DNA of 52,473 nucleotides from a virus (Duplodnaviria; Heunggongvirae; Uroviricota; Caudoviricetes): IMG/VR virus record IMGVR_UViG_2541047750_000003, positions 1 to 52,473 of that record; one strand, 5' to 3'. Shown piece by piece: positions 43,893 to 52,473 of this stretch (position 1 is its first letter; each line of letters starts with the position of its first letter). The notes under the pieces were generated by a model. It saw only the letters and a program-made list of their open reading frames with translations, ran no database searches and was not told where the DNA came from. The position numbers and the translations under genes were made by a program.

Positions 43893-44621
43893 ATGGCACT
43901 TGAAGATAAAATGATTCGCTATGCAGCAGCCCACCGCGAGGAAGTGTGCGGGCTGGTGATAGATAACGATTATTTTTACCCGTGCGCTAACGTGTCTGAA
44001 ACGCCGCACAACAGCTTTAAAATCTCGCCTGACGATTATATCAAAGCTGACGAATTGGGCGTTATAACAGCCGTTTTCCACTCCCATACTGACAATTCAT
44101 TGGTATTGTCGGCACGGGATCGACAACAGCAGGTTATTTCCGGCCTGCCGTGGTTTTTATGTTCCGGTGGCATGGTGAGGAAATTCCGCCCGGTGGCGCA
44201 CCTGTTAGGCCGTAAATTTGAACACGGGAAAACAGATTGCTACTCGCTTTTTCGTGACGCCTATCACCTTTGCGGCGTGGATCTGCCTGACTTTGAACGC
44301 CACGATGGGTGGTGGCTGCGTGGGGAAAACCTGTACATAAAAAACCTGCCATTGAACGGGTTTTTCATGGTTGATGCGCAAAGCATTCAGCCTGGTGACG
44401 TGATTATTCGCCAGCCGTTCAAGGGTGCTGACCCATGTCACGCGATGATTTACCTGGGCGATAACACTGTTTTGCATCATGACAATGCCGGACTGCTAAG
44501 CCGCCGCGAGCAAATGCGGCCCGCGTATGTTCGACAAACGCATTCAATATGGAGATCTGACAAATGCTCAAATTTAGATTTACGGGCAATCTTCGAAGAT
44601 ATTACGGCAAAGTGTGTTTAA
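43893..44621 (+). CDS. tail assembly protein K-like (JAB/MPN plus NlpC/P60-like)
   Basis: Start refined to MALEDK (track ORF 43797..44621); AVFHSHTDNS (JAMM-like) and CYSLF...H (papain-like) motifs. Confidence 0.65.
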   Translation: MALEDKMIRYAAAHREEVCGLVIDNDYFYPCANVSETPHNSFKISPDDYIKADELGVITAVFHSHTDNSLVLSARDRQQQVISGLPWFLCSGGMVRKFRPVAHLLGRKFEHGKTDCYSLFRDAYHLCGVDLPDFERHDGWWLRGENLYIKNLPLNGFFMVDAQSIQPGDVIIRQPFKGADPCHAMIYLGDNTVLHHDNAGLLSRREQMRPAYVRQTHSIWRSDKCSNLDLRAIFEDITAKCV

Positions 44622-45094
44622 ACGTTGATACGCCAGCACAAGGACTTAGCCTATTGACCGCGCAGAATCAGGAGTTCAAGAAGGCTTTTTTAAATACACC
44701 TTTGCGGTTACGGATTGCCGGGAAAGATTATAACGAAAAGACGGCCCCGGCAGCGGTTAATAGTAAATACCCTGACGGAACTACCGTCATTATTGCGCCA
44801 GTAGTTGAAGGCGGTATTGCTGGGATTGGTGTTGTAGGCTGGATCCTGATTGGTGTTTCGGTGGTTAGCGTTGCGTTCTCAATCTTTATGTCCCGCAACA
44901 TGAAGATAAAAACATCAGCAGAAAGCGCACAAGATAACACCATAACGAACAACACCTACACCAGCATTGAAAACAAGGTGGGCCAGGGTAGACCAGTGCC
45001 AATACTATTAGGTGAAATGAAAATAGGTTCAAACGTCGGATCGTTAGGCATAGACACAAGCAACAATAGAGACGCCTTAGACGTTGTAAGTTAA
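44564..45094 (+). CDS. tail assembly protein I-like
   Basis: 176 aa between K-like and J-like; hydrophobic central segment. Confidence 0.55.
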   Translation: MLKFRFTGNLRRYYGKVCLNVDTPAQGLSLLTAQNQEFKKAFLNTPLRLRIAGKDYNEKTAPAAVNSKYPDGTTVIIAPVVEGGIAGIGVVGWILIGVSVVSVAFSIFMSRNMKIKTSAESAQDNTITNNTYTSIENKVGQGRPVPILLGEMKIGSNVGSLGIDTSNNRDALDVVS

Positions 45095-45107
45095 CAGGAG
45101 AAAAACC

Positions 45108-48100
45108 ATGAGTAGCGGCGGCGGCAAAGCCAAAACACCAACATTATTGAACGATAACCTGTATCACAAACAGTTTTATCGTGTTTTAGATATTCTCAGC
45201 GAAGGGCCGATATACGGTCCGGTAAACCAGAAAGCGCCATTGAATGACGTGATGCTTAATGACACTCCTGTTACTGACGCAAACGGGAATACATCAATTC
45301 CGGGGATTAGTATAGCCTGGCGCAACGGCACGGCTGACCAATCGCCGATTAATGGTTTTAACGCCATTGAGTCAACCGTTATTGTCAACGCAAAGGTAAC
45401 TCACGACACACCAATAATCAGGACTGTTTCAGATCCAAACATTACCCGCGTCAGGTTGAATCTTGGTGTTGATGCTCTCGTTAAGTCAGATGAAAAGGGC
45501 AATCAATATAATACATCCGTCATGTTGATGGTTGATGTTAAACCGTCATCATCTTCTACGTGGTCGCTGATTAAAGACATACACATTGGCCCTGGTAAAC
45601 AAAGCGGTGAATACCTGGAAGCTCACATCATTAAAGCGCCGGATGAAAAACCGTTTGATATTCGCGTTCGTCGCGTAACACCAGACAGCAACGGCGATCT
45701 ATTGCGGAATGATACGCGGTGGAGTAGTTACAGCGAAATAATAGATGATAATCTGTCTTATCCTCATACCGCTGTAGCTGGCGCCGTAATTGACCATGAT
45801 CAGTATACTGATACGCCTACCCGCACCTATCACCTTCGCGGCCTGATTGTTGACGTGCCTGACAACTACAACCCTGAAACGCGCACATATTCAGGTTTAT
45901 GGCTTGGTGGATTTAAAAAGGCGTATACCAATAACCCTGCATGGCTTTTCCGGTATCTGGTTAAAAACGAGCGCTTTGGGCTTGCTCGACATGCTGGTTA
46001 CATTGATGTTGATGATGGCGCTTTGTACGTGCTTTCTCAATACTGCGATCAGTTGGTTGATGATGGCTATGGTGGCCTTGAACCTCGCATGACGCTTAAC
46101 GCTTACATTACGGAGCAAATGAGCGCCCGCGACCTACTGGATAACATCGCAGGTATGTTCCGTGGTATCGCGTTATGGGACGGACAACGCCTTACCGTGA
46201 TGATTGATGCGCCACAAGATCCAATCGCCACCATCACAAATGCAAACGTCGTTGATGGCGCGTTTACTCGTTCAAGTATCGCACGCGCAGAATGCTACAA
46301 CGCCGTGATCGTATCCTGGACTAACCCTGAAAACGGCTGGGAGCAATCAAAAGAATATGTCGCAGATGATAAACTAATCGCCCGTGATGGTTATAACGAA
46401 ACCACGTTGGAGGCGTTCGGTTGCACTTCACGCGGGCAAGCGCACCGCGCTGGAAAATGGCTGATAGAAACAGCAAAACGCGAACCATCAAAATTCACGT
46501 TTAAAATGGCCCGTGACGCGATTCATTTTACGCCAGGTGATATTATCGAGATACTCGACAATAACCGCGCAGGCGCTCGTTTAGGCGGTCGTATCGTGGC
46601 TAACAATGGAAGAGTAATAACTGTCGATAAGGTTGATTCTGAATGTATCGCCCCTGGTGACACCATCAGCTTACTTGGTAGCGATGGTAAATTTAAAAAA
46701 CACCAGATCACCGGAGTTAACGGGAACAATATCACCCTTGCACACGCCCCGGCATGGATTCGTAACGGTACTGTTTTTGCTGTATCAACCAACGCAGCAA
46801 AACCCGTTTTATGTCGAATCACCAGCGTAGCAGAAACAGAAAATAACAGCGTATACACCATCGAGGCCGCACAACATGATCCACATAAGCAGGCCGTAGT
46901 CGATAATGGCGCAATCTTCGAGATTAATAACGACACGCTTAATCACTTCCGCGTGCCGAACATTGAAAATCTGAAGGTGATAAACATTGGATCCGAAACG
47001 GTTCAGTGTCGCGCAACGTGGGAAACACAGACGACAACCCGTCGCCTGACCTTTGAGATCCGCGTATATAACGCCACTGGCGCTGTAGTTAAAAGCTACG
47101 AAACTACGAATTACAGTTATGATTTTTATGGCATTGACTCAGGAATCTATTCATTAGGTATTCGCGGGCGTAATGACACTGGCATGAAGGGCGCGGAAAG
47201 TATTGTGGATCTGGTTATTGGTGCACCAGCGGCCCCCGTCGGCGTTAATTGGGTTCCTGGTGTATTCCAGGCTACCGTTTACCCGATCAGCAGAACAACG
47301 CTCACCACTGATACCAGTTATGAGTTTTATTACTCAGGTGAAACACAGATCACCGACCCGGCATCAGTAACCACTAAAGCACAATATACAGGTCGTGGTC
47401 ATCAGTGGACGTTTGGCGGCATGAATACAGGTCACACATATTACGTTTATGTGCGCACACGTAACGCTTTCGGCGCGTCAGATTTCGTTGAAGCATCAGG
47501 TAAGCCAACAGAAAACTTTGATGAAATCACCGATTACGTCACCAAAGACGTGATGAATTCAAAACAGTTTAAAGAAATGGTTGATGACATTAAAGATCTA
47601 GGCGACCGCACTGATCTTATCGAAAGCGCTACGAATGACCTTAAAACTGCAACTGGCAATCTGACCGACATAACTGACGATTTAAGGACTGAAACTGACA
47701 ACCTAATCACAGAAACAGGATCGATAAAAGCTGACACGGACACACTTAAAAAAGAAACGGAAGATCTTTATAAAAAAGTTAAGGAAAACGCCGATGATAT
47801 TGGGCAGCATGAGTCAAGAATAGACTCCCTTGAAGTATCCAGCGAAAAAGTTGGCAGCGAACTGGCGCAAGCAAAAGCAAGCCTGCAAAACGCGTCATTG
47901 GCGCTTATCAATAACTCGCTTGCACAGACTAACACTCGCGTAACTCTTACCGCTCAGTACAAGAAAGGTAGGACAGAGACGAAGGCTGAAATTGACCGTA
48001 TTGACAACGTTATCGCTGAAGAGAAAAAAGCGACAGCGGAATCACTGGAAACCATCACGGCAGAAATGAATGTGATGGACACAAACCTTAAAGGTCAGAT

Positions 48101-49943
48101 CTCTAATGTGCAACGCGCAGTAGCTGACGAGGCCAGCGCTCGCGCTGAAGCTATTAACGGTGTAAATGCCTCAATAAGCAATCTTGACAAGAAAACTGAC
48201 GCCAGCGTAAACCGTCTTGATCGGGCAATTGCAGACGAAACAAGTGCGCGTACTCAGGCTATCAGCGACGTGAACGCAAGTATCTCAACGCTTGACAAGA
48301 AAACTGACGCCAGTGTTAAGCGCTTGGATCAGGCTATCGCCGATGAATCAAGCGCACGTGCTCAGGCGATATCAGGTATCAGCGCGTCGCTTGACGGCGT
48401 TAAAAGTGAGGTTGATAAAAACAGCGACGAGATAGATCAGGCGAAAGCAAGTCTGCAAAACGCCTCACTTGCTCTTATTAATAACTCAATGGCACAAAGC
48501 AAGATGAGCACTGTTATTGAGGCGAAATACAGGAAAGGACAAACAAAAACAAAAGCGGAAATAGCAAGGGTAGACACAGCAATCGCAGATGAGGCGAGCG
48601 CACGCGCAGAAGCTATTAGCAACGTTAACGCCAGCGTCAGTAGTCTTGAAAGCAAAACCGACGCGAGCGTTTCCCGTCTTGATAAAGCAATCGCAGATGA
48701 GGCGAGCGCACGCGCAGAAGCTATTAGCGGGGTTAATGCGTCAATTTCCACGCTCGATAGCAAGGTGACAAGCAACGTAACCAGGATGGATAAAGCGATC
48801 GCAGATGAGAAGAATGCACGCACTGACGCAATCAGCAGCCTTAACTCATCGCTTACCAGTACGATTAATTCGAAAGTATCCGAAGTGTCAACTGCACTTT
48901 CTACGCATGAAACATCAAGCGCGGAAAAATTTGGCCAGATCTCGGCATCTTTCGACGATGTAAACTCAAGCATCACGGAATGGTCACAGGCTATGGCAAC
49001 GGCAGACGAGGCATTGTCAACCAGAATCGACCAGTTGAAAATAACTATTAACGGAAACACAACGGCGATAGAAACGACATCAAAAGCACTGACTGACTTC
49101 AAAGGTAACGTTGATGCGTCATATTCAATCAAGATTGCCACTGATAACAACGGTATGAAATACGCAACAGGAATGTCACTTGGCCTCACTGGCAGCGGTA
49201 CTGATGTTCAATCGCAGTGCATTTTCCTTGTTGACCGATTCGTGTTAATGACTGCCGCAAACGGCACATATCAGACACCTTTCTATGTCACTAACGGCGC
49301 AATGTATGTGCGCGAAGCGTTTATTAAAGACGGTTCAATCGACAATGCAAAAATAGGCAATGTCATAACGTCATACAATTGGAACGGTAGCGATCAAGGT
49401 TGGGCAATAGTTAAAGATGGCTGGGCTACATTTAACAACGTTACAGTACGCGGCACGGTATACGCTAATTCTGGTGTGTTTAACGGTACTGTTTACGCGA
49501 CTGACGGTAAATTCAGAGGCACTGTAGAAGCTACATCCTTTGTTGGTGACGTTGCGAGTATGTCAGTAATTCCAGAGGCAACATTCCCTGCGCAATCAGG
49601 GTCAGGTAGCAGGAGTGTAACCAAAAATTATTGGGATTCATCATCATCTGCTTTATCGAAAACGGTTTATGTAATGATACCTTATAACCTTGCTTACTAT
49701 ACATATAACCAGTCGGGACGCATTAACGTAACCATAAACATTAACGGAAATTCAAAGACTATAGACATAGAAAGGGCGGCATCAACGCCCCACAAGTCAG
49801 ACGTTGCCGTTCATTGTGTTTCAGGTATTACATCTCAGCATGTTTCCGTAACTGTTACAGAAAACTACACAAATACATCATCAGCGGCAATAAGGAGACC
49901 AGGCCTAGTCCTTGTCACAAGAAGCTCAGGATCGTGGTCATAA
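45108..49943 (+). CDS. central tail fibre / host specificity protein J-like with inserted coiled-coil repeat region
   Basis: 1611 aa; N-terminus and segments such as AFGCTSRGQAHRAGKWLIETAKRE and YHLRGLIVDVPDNYNPETRTYSGLW align with recalled lambda J; central part is low-complexity tandem repeats. Confidence 0.85.
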   Translation: MSSGGGKAKTPTLLNDNLYHKQFYRVLDILSEGPIYGPVNQKAPLNDVMLNDTPVTDANGNTSIPGISIAWRNGTADQSPINGFNAIESTVIVNAKVTHDTPIIRTVSDPNITRVRLNLGVDALVKSDEKGNQYNTSVMLMVDVKPSSSSTWSLIKDIHIGPGKQSGEYLEAHIIKAPDEKPFDIRVRRVTPDSNGDLLRNDTRWSSYSEIIDDNLSYPHTAVAGAVIDHDQYTDTPTRTYHLRGLIVDVPDNYNPETRTYSGLWLGGFKKAYTNNPAWLFRYLVKNERFGLARHAGYIDVDDGALYVLSQYCDQLVDDGYGGLEPRMTLNAYITEQMSARDLLDNIAGMFRGIALWDGQRLTVMIDAPQDPIATITNANVVDGAFTRSSIARAECYNAVIVSWTNPENGWEQSKEYVADDKLIARDGYNETTLEAFGCTSRGQAHRAGKWLIETAKREPSKFTFKMARDAIHFTPGDIIEILDNNRAGARLGGRIVANNGRVITVDKVDSECIAPGDTISLLGSDGKFKKHQITGVNGNNITLAHAPAWIRNGTVFAVSTNAAKPVLCRITSVAETENNSVYTIEAAQHDPHKQAVVDNGAIFEINNDTLNHFRVPNIENLKVINIGSETVQCRATWETQTTTRRLTFEIRVYNATGAVVKSYETTNYSYDFYGIDSGIYSLGIRGRNDTGMKGAESIVDLVIGAPAAPVGVNWVPGVFQATVYPISRTTLTTDTSYEFYYSGETQITDPASVTTKAQYTGRGHQWTFGGMNTGHTYYVYVRTRNAFGASDFVEASGKPTENFDEITDYVTKDVMNSKQFKEMVDDIKDLGDRTDLIESATNDLKTATGNLTDITDDLRTETDNLITETGSIKADTDTLKKETEDLYKKVKENADDIGQHESRIDSLEVSSEKVGSELAQAKASLQNASLALINNSLAQTNTRVTLTAQYKKGRTETKAEIDRIDNVIAEEKKATAESLETITAEMNVMDTNLKGQISNVQRAVADEASARAEAINGVNASISNLDKKTDASVNRLDRAIADETSARTQAISDVNASISTLDKKTDASVKRLDQAIADESSARAQAISGISASLDGVKSEVDKNSDEIDQAKASLQNASLALINNSMAQSKMSTVIEAKYRKGQTKTKAEIARVDTAIADEASARAEAISNVNASVSSLESKTDASVSRLDKAIADEASARAEAISGVNASISTLDSKVTSNVTRMDKAIADEKNARTDAISSLNSSLTSTINSKVSEVSTALSTHETSSAEKFGQISASFDDVNSSITEWSQAMATADEALSTRIDQLKITINGNTTAIETTSKALTDFKGNVDASYSIKIATDNNGMKYATGMSLGLTGSGTDVQSQCIFLVDRFVLMTAANGTYQTPFYVTNGAMYVREAFIKDGSIDNAKIGNVITSYNWNGSDQGWAIVKDGWATFNNVTVRGTVYANSGVFNGTVYATDGKFRGTVEATSFVGDVASMSVIPEATFPAQSGSGSRSVTKNYWDSSSSALSKTVYVMIPYNLAYYTYNQSGRINVTININGNSKTIDIERAASTPHKSDVAVHCVSGITSQHVSVTVTENYTNTSSAAIRRPGLVLVTRSSGSWS
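47860..48860. repeat. tandem ~99-bp repeats nested in a ~575-bp duplication inside the J-like gene
   Basis: Repeated units encoding DASVxRLDxAIADExSARxxAIsxVNASIStLDxKT; duplicated block AKASLQNASLALINNS...KAEI. Confidence 0.7.
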
Positions 49944-49948
49944 AAATA

Positions 49949-49974
49949 ACCCCGCTTTGCGCGGGGTTTTCTTT
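49949..49974. terminator. bidirectional terminator after the J-like gene
   Basis: ccccgc-tttgc-gcgggg flanked by A-run and T-run. Confidence 0.6.
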
Positions 49975-50222
49975 TAGTAGTTAGCTACACAATTCGACGG
50001 GCTACCGATGCGGCGCATATTGTGATCTAGTTCATGACACCATTGACCAGTATATGGAAGTTTTTCAGTGTCATAGACAAGATGACCATTAGCATCATAG
50101 ACAATTTCTTGAGGAATTACTCCGCTATTTGGCAGGTTGTGCAATGCAGCATCTTTGTCAACAGCACAACCAGTAAGAGCAACAGCCGCAGCGAATAATA
50201 CCACTTTGAGCATGTTTTTCAT
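49974..50222 (-). CDS. moron lipoprotein (82 aa)
   Basis: MKNMLKVVLFAAAVALTGC: signal peptide with lipobox LTGC; opposite strand, directly downstream of J-like gene. Confidence 0.6.
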   Translation of the reverse strand: MKNMLKVVLFAAAVALTGCAVDKDAALHNLPNSGVIPQEIVYDANGHLVYDTEKLPYTGQWCHELDHNMRRIGSPSNCVANY

Positions 50223-50316
50223 TTTTGAATCCCCATTCTCGTTAGCTCGCCAGGTTCATCCGGTGGCTTAAATATCCGACAAAACAACATTTCGTATATT
50301 GATATAAATCAATAAA

Positions 50317-50357
50317 TACATTTTGTATAAGCCAGAAATGTAACACAGATCACAAAA
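50317..50357. promoter_or_regulatory. divergent regulatory region with TACATTTTGTATA and the 14-mer CACAGATCACAAAA
   Basis: 14-mer 50344-50357 identical to 38294-38307. Confidence 0.5.
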
Positions 50358-50399
50358 TGGTAAAATTACCAGGTTAATTAACATAATGGAGTCATTGCG

Positions 50400-52196
50400 A
50401 TGATTTACACAACAGGCACGATAGCCGTTAGCGGAAAAACAGTTACCGGAACGGGGACTGAATTCAATGCCGCATTATCTCTGATCAGGGTTGGTTGCAC
50501 CCTTATTGCCATTAGCAATCCGGTGCAGATTTTCTCAATCACAGAGGTAAAAAGCGCAACAAGTTTATCAGTAACACCTGCGGCAAGTCCTGCTATTCCG
50601 GCTGGAACTAAATTTAGCATCCTGCTTTCAGATTCGATCTCTGTGGATGGTCTTGCTCAGGATGTCGCCGAAACACTGCGTTACTATCAGGGCAAAGAAT
50701 CAGAAATAGCGGACGCAGTTGAATTTTTTAGCGACAACAAAGATGTGATTTCAGCCTCAAAATTAGCATCACAATCAGCTACCACTGCAACCAACGCTGC
50801 AACAACAGCGACAAGCGCAGCCGATTCAGCTAAGACATACAGAGACGAAGCCCACGAATACGCCAATCAGACGGCGCAGCCTTACGCGTATGTTTTACAG
50901 CCGCTGCCGGATGTGTGGATGCCCTTTAATGATTCGCTGGATATGATTACGGGCTATTCTCCGGGTTATAAAAAAGTGAAGATTGGCGATAATGTGGTTC
51001 AGGTTGCCAGTGATAAACAGGTTAATTTCAGTCGCGCATCAACGGCAACATATATCAACAAATCTGGCGAACTGAAAACGGCGGAAATTAATGAGCCGCG
51101 ATTTGAGTGTGATGGCCTGCTTATTGAGGGACAAAGAACGAACTTCTTCCAGAACAGTACAGACCCTTCGAAGTGGAATAAGTCAACTTCACTGGACGTT
51201 ACAGAAACAGGCACAGATAGTTTCGGGTTTAATTATGGTCGGTTTGTCGTACAGGATTCGATTGTTGGTACAAGTAAAGCGCATACCATTATCGGACTGT
51301 ATTCGAGTACCGGAGGGGTTGATACTTCAGGGGGCGAAAAGCATGTAACTATATCCTGTCGGGTAAAAAGTGAAGTTGATAATATCGCCGTTCGTATTTT
51401 ATTTGAACATTATGATGGGGAGGTAAGGACATCAATAGGAGCAGCAAACCTGAACCTTACCACCCGCATAATTAGCAAGACAGGTCAGACAAGCCGTGTT
51501 ACAGCAAGGTCTGTTAAGGATGATGCAACTGGCTGGATATTTTTTGAGGCTACATTAAAAGCAGATACAACAGAAAATACGGTTGGTGGTTTTGTCCAGT
51601 ATTCTCCGGATACAGGGCAGATGGTTACATCAGGGGATTATCTCGATGTAACCACTCCACAGATTGAGGCTGGTACAGGCGCATCATCTTTTATTGTTAC
51701 GGGGACGGCACCGGCAACGCGGGCAAGCGATATGGTGACAGTCCCAATCAAGAATAACCTTTATAATCTTCCTTTTACGGTTCTTTGTGAGGTACATAAG
51801 AACTGGTATAAAACGCCAAATGCAGCACCGCGTGTTTTTAATATCAGCGGTCATCAAACCGGAGCGGGGATCGAAATGGGGTTTGGTTCATCAGGTAGGT
51901 ACGACGGTTTTCCGTATTGCAATATAAGTGGTTCAGACCGACGAATAAATGAAAATGCCGGGCTGGAAAAAATGGTTGTGGGGATGCGTGTAAAAGCAGA
52001 TCAATTGACATGTGCAATAAGTAACGGACGTATATCCAGCGAAATAAAAACAACCTGGACTTATATTCAAAGCTCCGCAACTATTCGTATCGGTGGTCAG
52101 ACAACGACAGGACAACGTCATTTATTTGGTCATATCAGAAATTTTCGAGTATGGCATAAGGCATTAACTGATGCGCAATTAAGCGAAATTGTTTAA
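50400..52196 (+). CDS. side tail fibre protein with C-terminal LamG-like segment
   Basis: 598 aa; Ser/Thr/Ala-rich central region; C-terminal HLFGHIRNFRVWHKALTDAQLSEI resembles a LamG/ConA-like fold signature. Confidence 0.55.
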   Translation: MIYTTGTIAVSGKTVTGTGTEFNAALSLIRVGCTLIAISNPVQIFSITEVKSATSLSVTPAASPAIPAGTKFSILLSDSISVDGLAQDVAETLRYYQGKESEIADAVEFFSDNKDVISASKLASQSATTATNAATTATSAADSAKTYRDEAHEYANQTAQPYAYVLQPLPDVWMPFNDSLDMITGYSPGYKKVKIGDNVVQVASDKQVNFSRASTATYINKSGELKTAEINEPRFECDGLLIEGQRTNFFQNSTDPSKWNKSTSLDVTETGTDSFGFNYGRFVVQDSIVGTSKAHTIIGLYSSTGGVDTSGGEKHVTISCRVKSEVDNIAVRILFEHYDGEVRTSIGAANLNLTTRIISKTGQTSRVTARSVKDDATGWIFFEATLKADTTENTVGGFVQYSPDTGQMVTSGDYLDVTTPQIEAGTGASSFIVTGTAPATRASDMVTVPIKNNLYNLPFTVLCEVHKNWYKTPNAAPRVFNISGHQTGAGIEMGFGSSGRYDGFPYCNISGSDRRINENAGLEKMVVGMRVKADQLTCAISNGRISSEIKTTWTYIQSSATIRIGGQTTTGQRHLFGHIRNFRVWHKALTDAQLSEIV

Positions 52197-52206
52197 GGTG
52201 GTTAAC

Positions 52207-52473
52207 ATGAAAGACGTTAGCTTGCAATTTACTGACAAACAGCAATACAACGACATTGTGATTAATAGCGGCTTGCTGGATGCCAATTGGTCAACCGTGT
52301 TTATTGATGATATCGGTTTTGTCCTTGTATTCGACGATCCAGAAAGCGAGACACCTGTACTTATTGGGAAAAAAGGTTATTACGTCAACGTGCGTATAAC
52401 TGGTGACGATGTTGATATTTCTCAGCTTGAGCCTTTCATTGTTCCAGATCCAGGCGTCCGCGCATGGGCTTAA
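52207..52473 (+). CDS. small protein downstream of tail fibre (88 aa)
   Basis: ATG after AAGGTGG RBS; stop codon at the last three bases of the window. Confidence 0.4.
   Translation: MKDVSLQFTDKQQYNDIVINSGLLDANWSTVFIDDIGFVLVFDDPESETPVLIGKKGYYVNVRITGDDVDISQLEPFIVPDPGVRAWA

Noticed and set aside
48437-49189. 250-aa minus-strand ORF inside the J-like gene
   Set aside because: Antisense of the Ala/Ser-rich repeat region; typical low-complexity shadow ORF
1-52473. Integrase or attachment site
   Set aside because: No tyrosine or serine recombinase motifs found in any ORF in the window; the AlpA/Xis-like gene at the left edge suggests int lies outside the window

Overview
This 52.5-kb window reads as most of a temperate lambdoid siphovirus genome (phage or prophage) from an enterobacterial host, mixing P22-like early functions with lambda-like tail genes. 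Layout: (i) a minus-strand early operon running 7759->1 (Cro-position HTH protein, replication initiator, Zn-ribbon-repeat/T5orf172-like protein, HTH-metallophosphoesterase, DnaB-like helicase, NinB, AlpA/Xis-like); (ii) a plus-strand cI-type repressor (8065-8712) followed by a sigma70-like promoter, a nut-like leader, an N-type antiterminator, Erf, SSB and about 35 small early ORFs including Dam-like and C5-MTase-like genes, NinG and an in-frame HNH-RusA fusion; (iii) a lysis cassette (pinholin, SAR endolysin, Rz/Rz1) at 24.0-25.2 kb; (iv) the most unusual feature: 11 tightly coupled micro-ORFs (20-47 aa, each essentially one predicted transmembrane helix) at 26161-27119, invisible to the >=60 aa ORF track; (v) terminase, portal, head and tail genes (tape measure, M, L, K, I, J-like, side tail fibre) interrupted by four minus-strand moron islands. 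Two short sequence elements recur in intergenic regions. No rRNA, tRNA, CRISPR array or integrase is seen in the window. All family assignments come from motifs read by eye and recalled family knowledge; no database search or folding was run.
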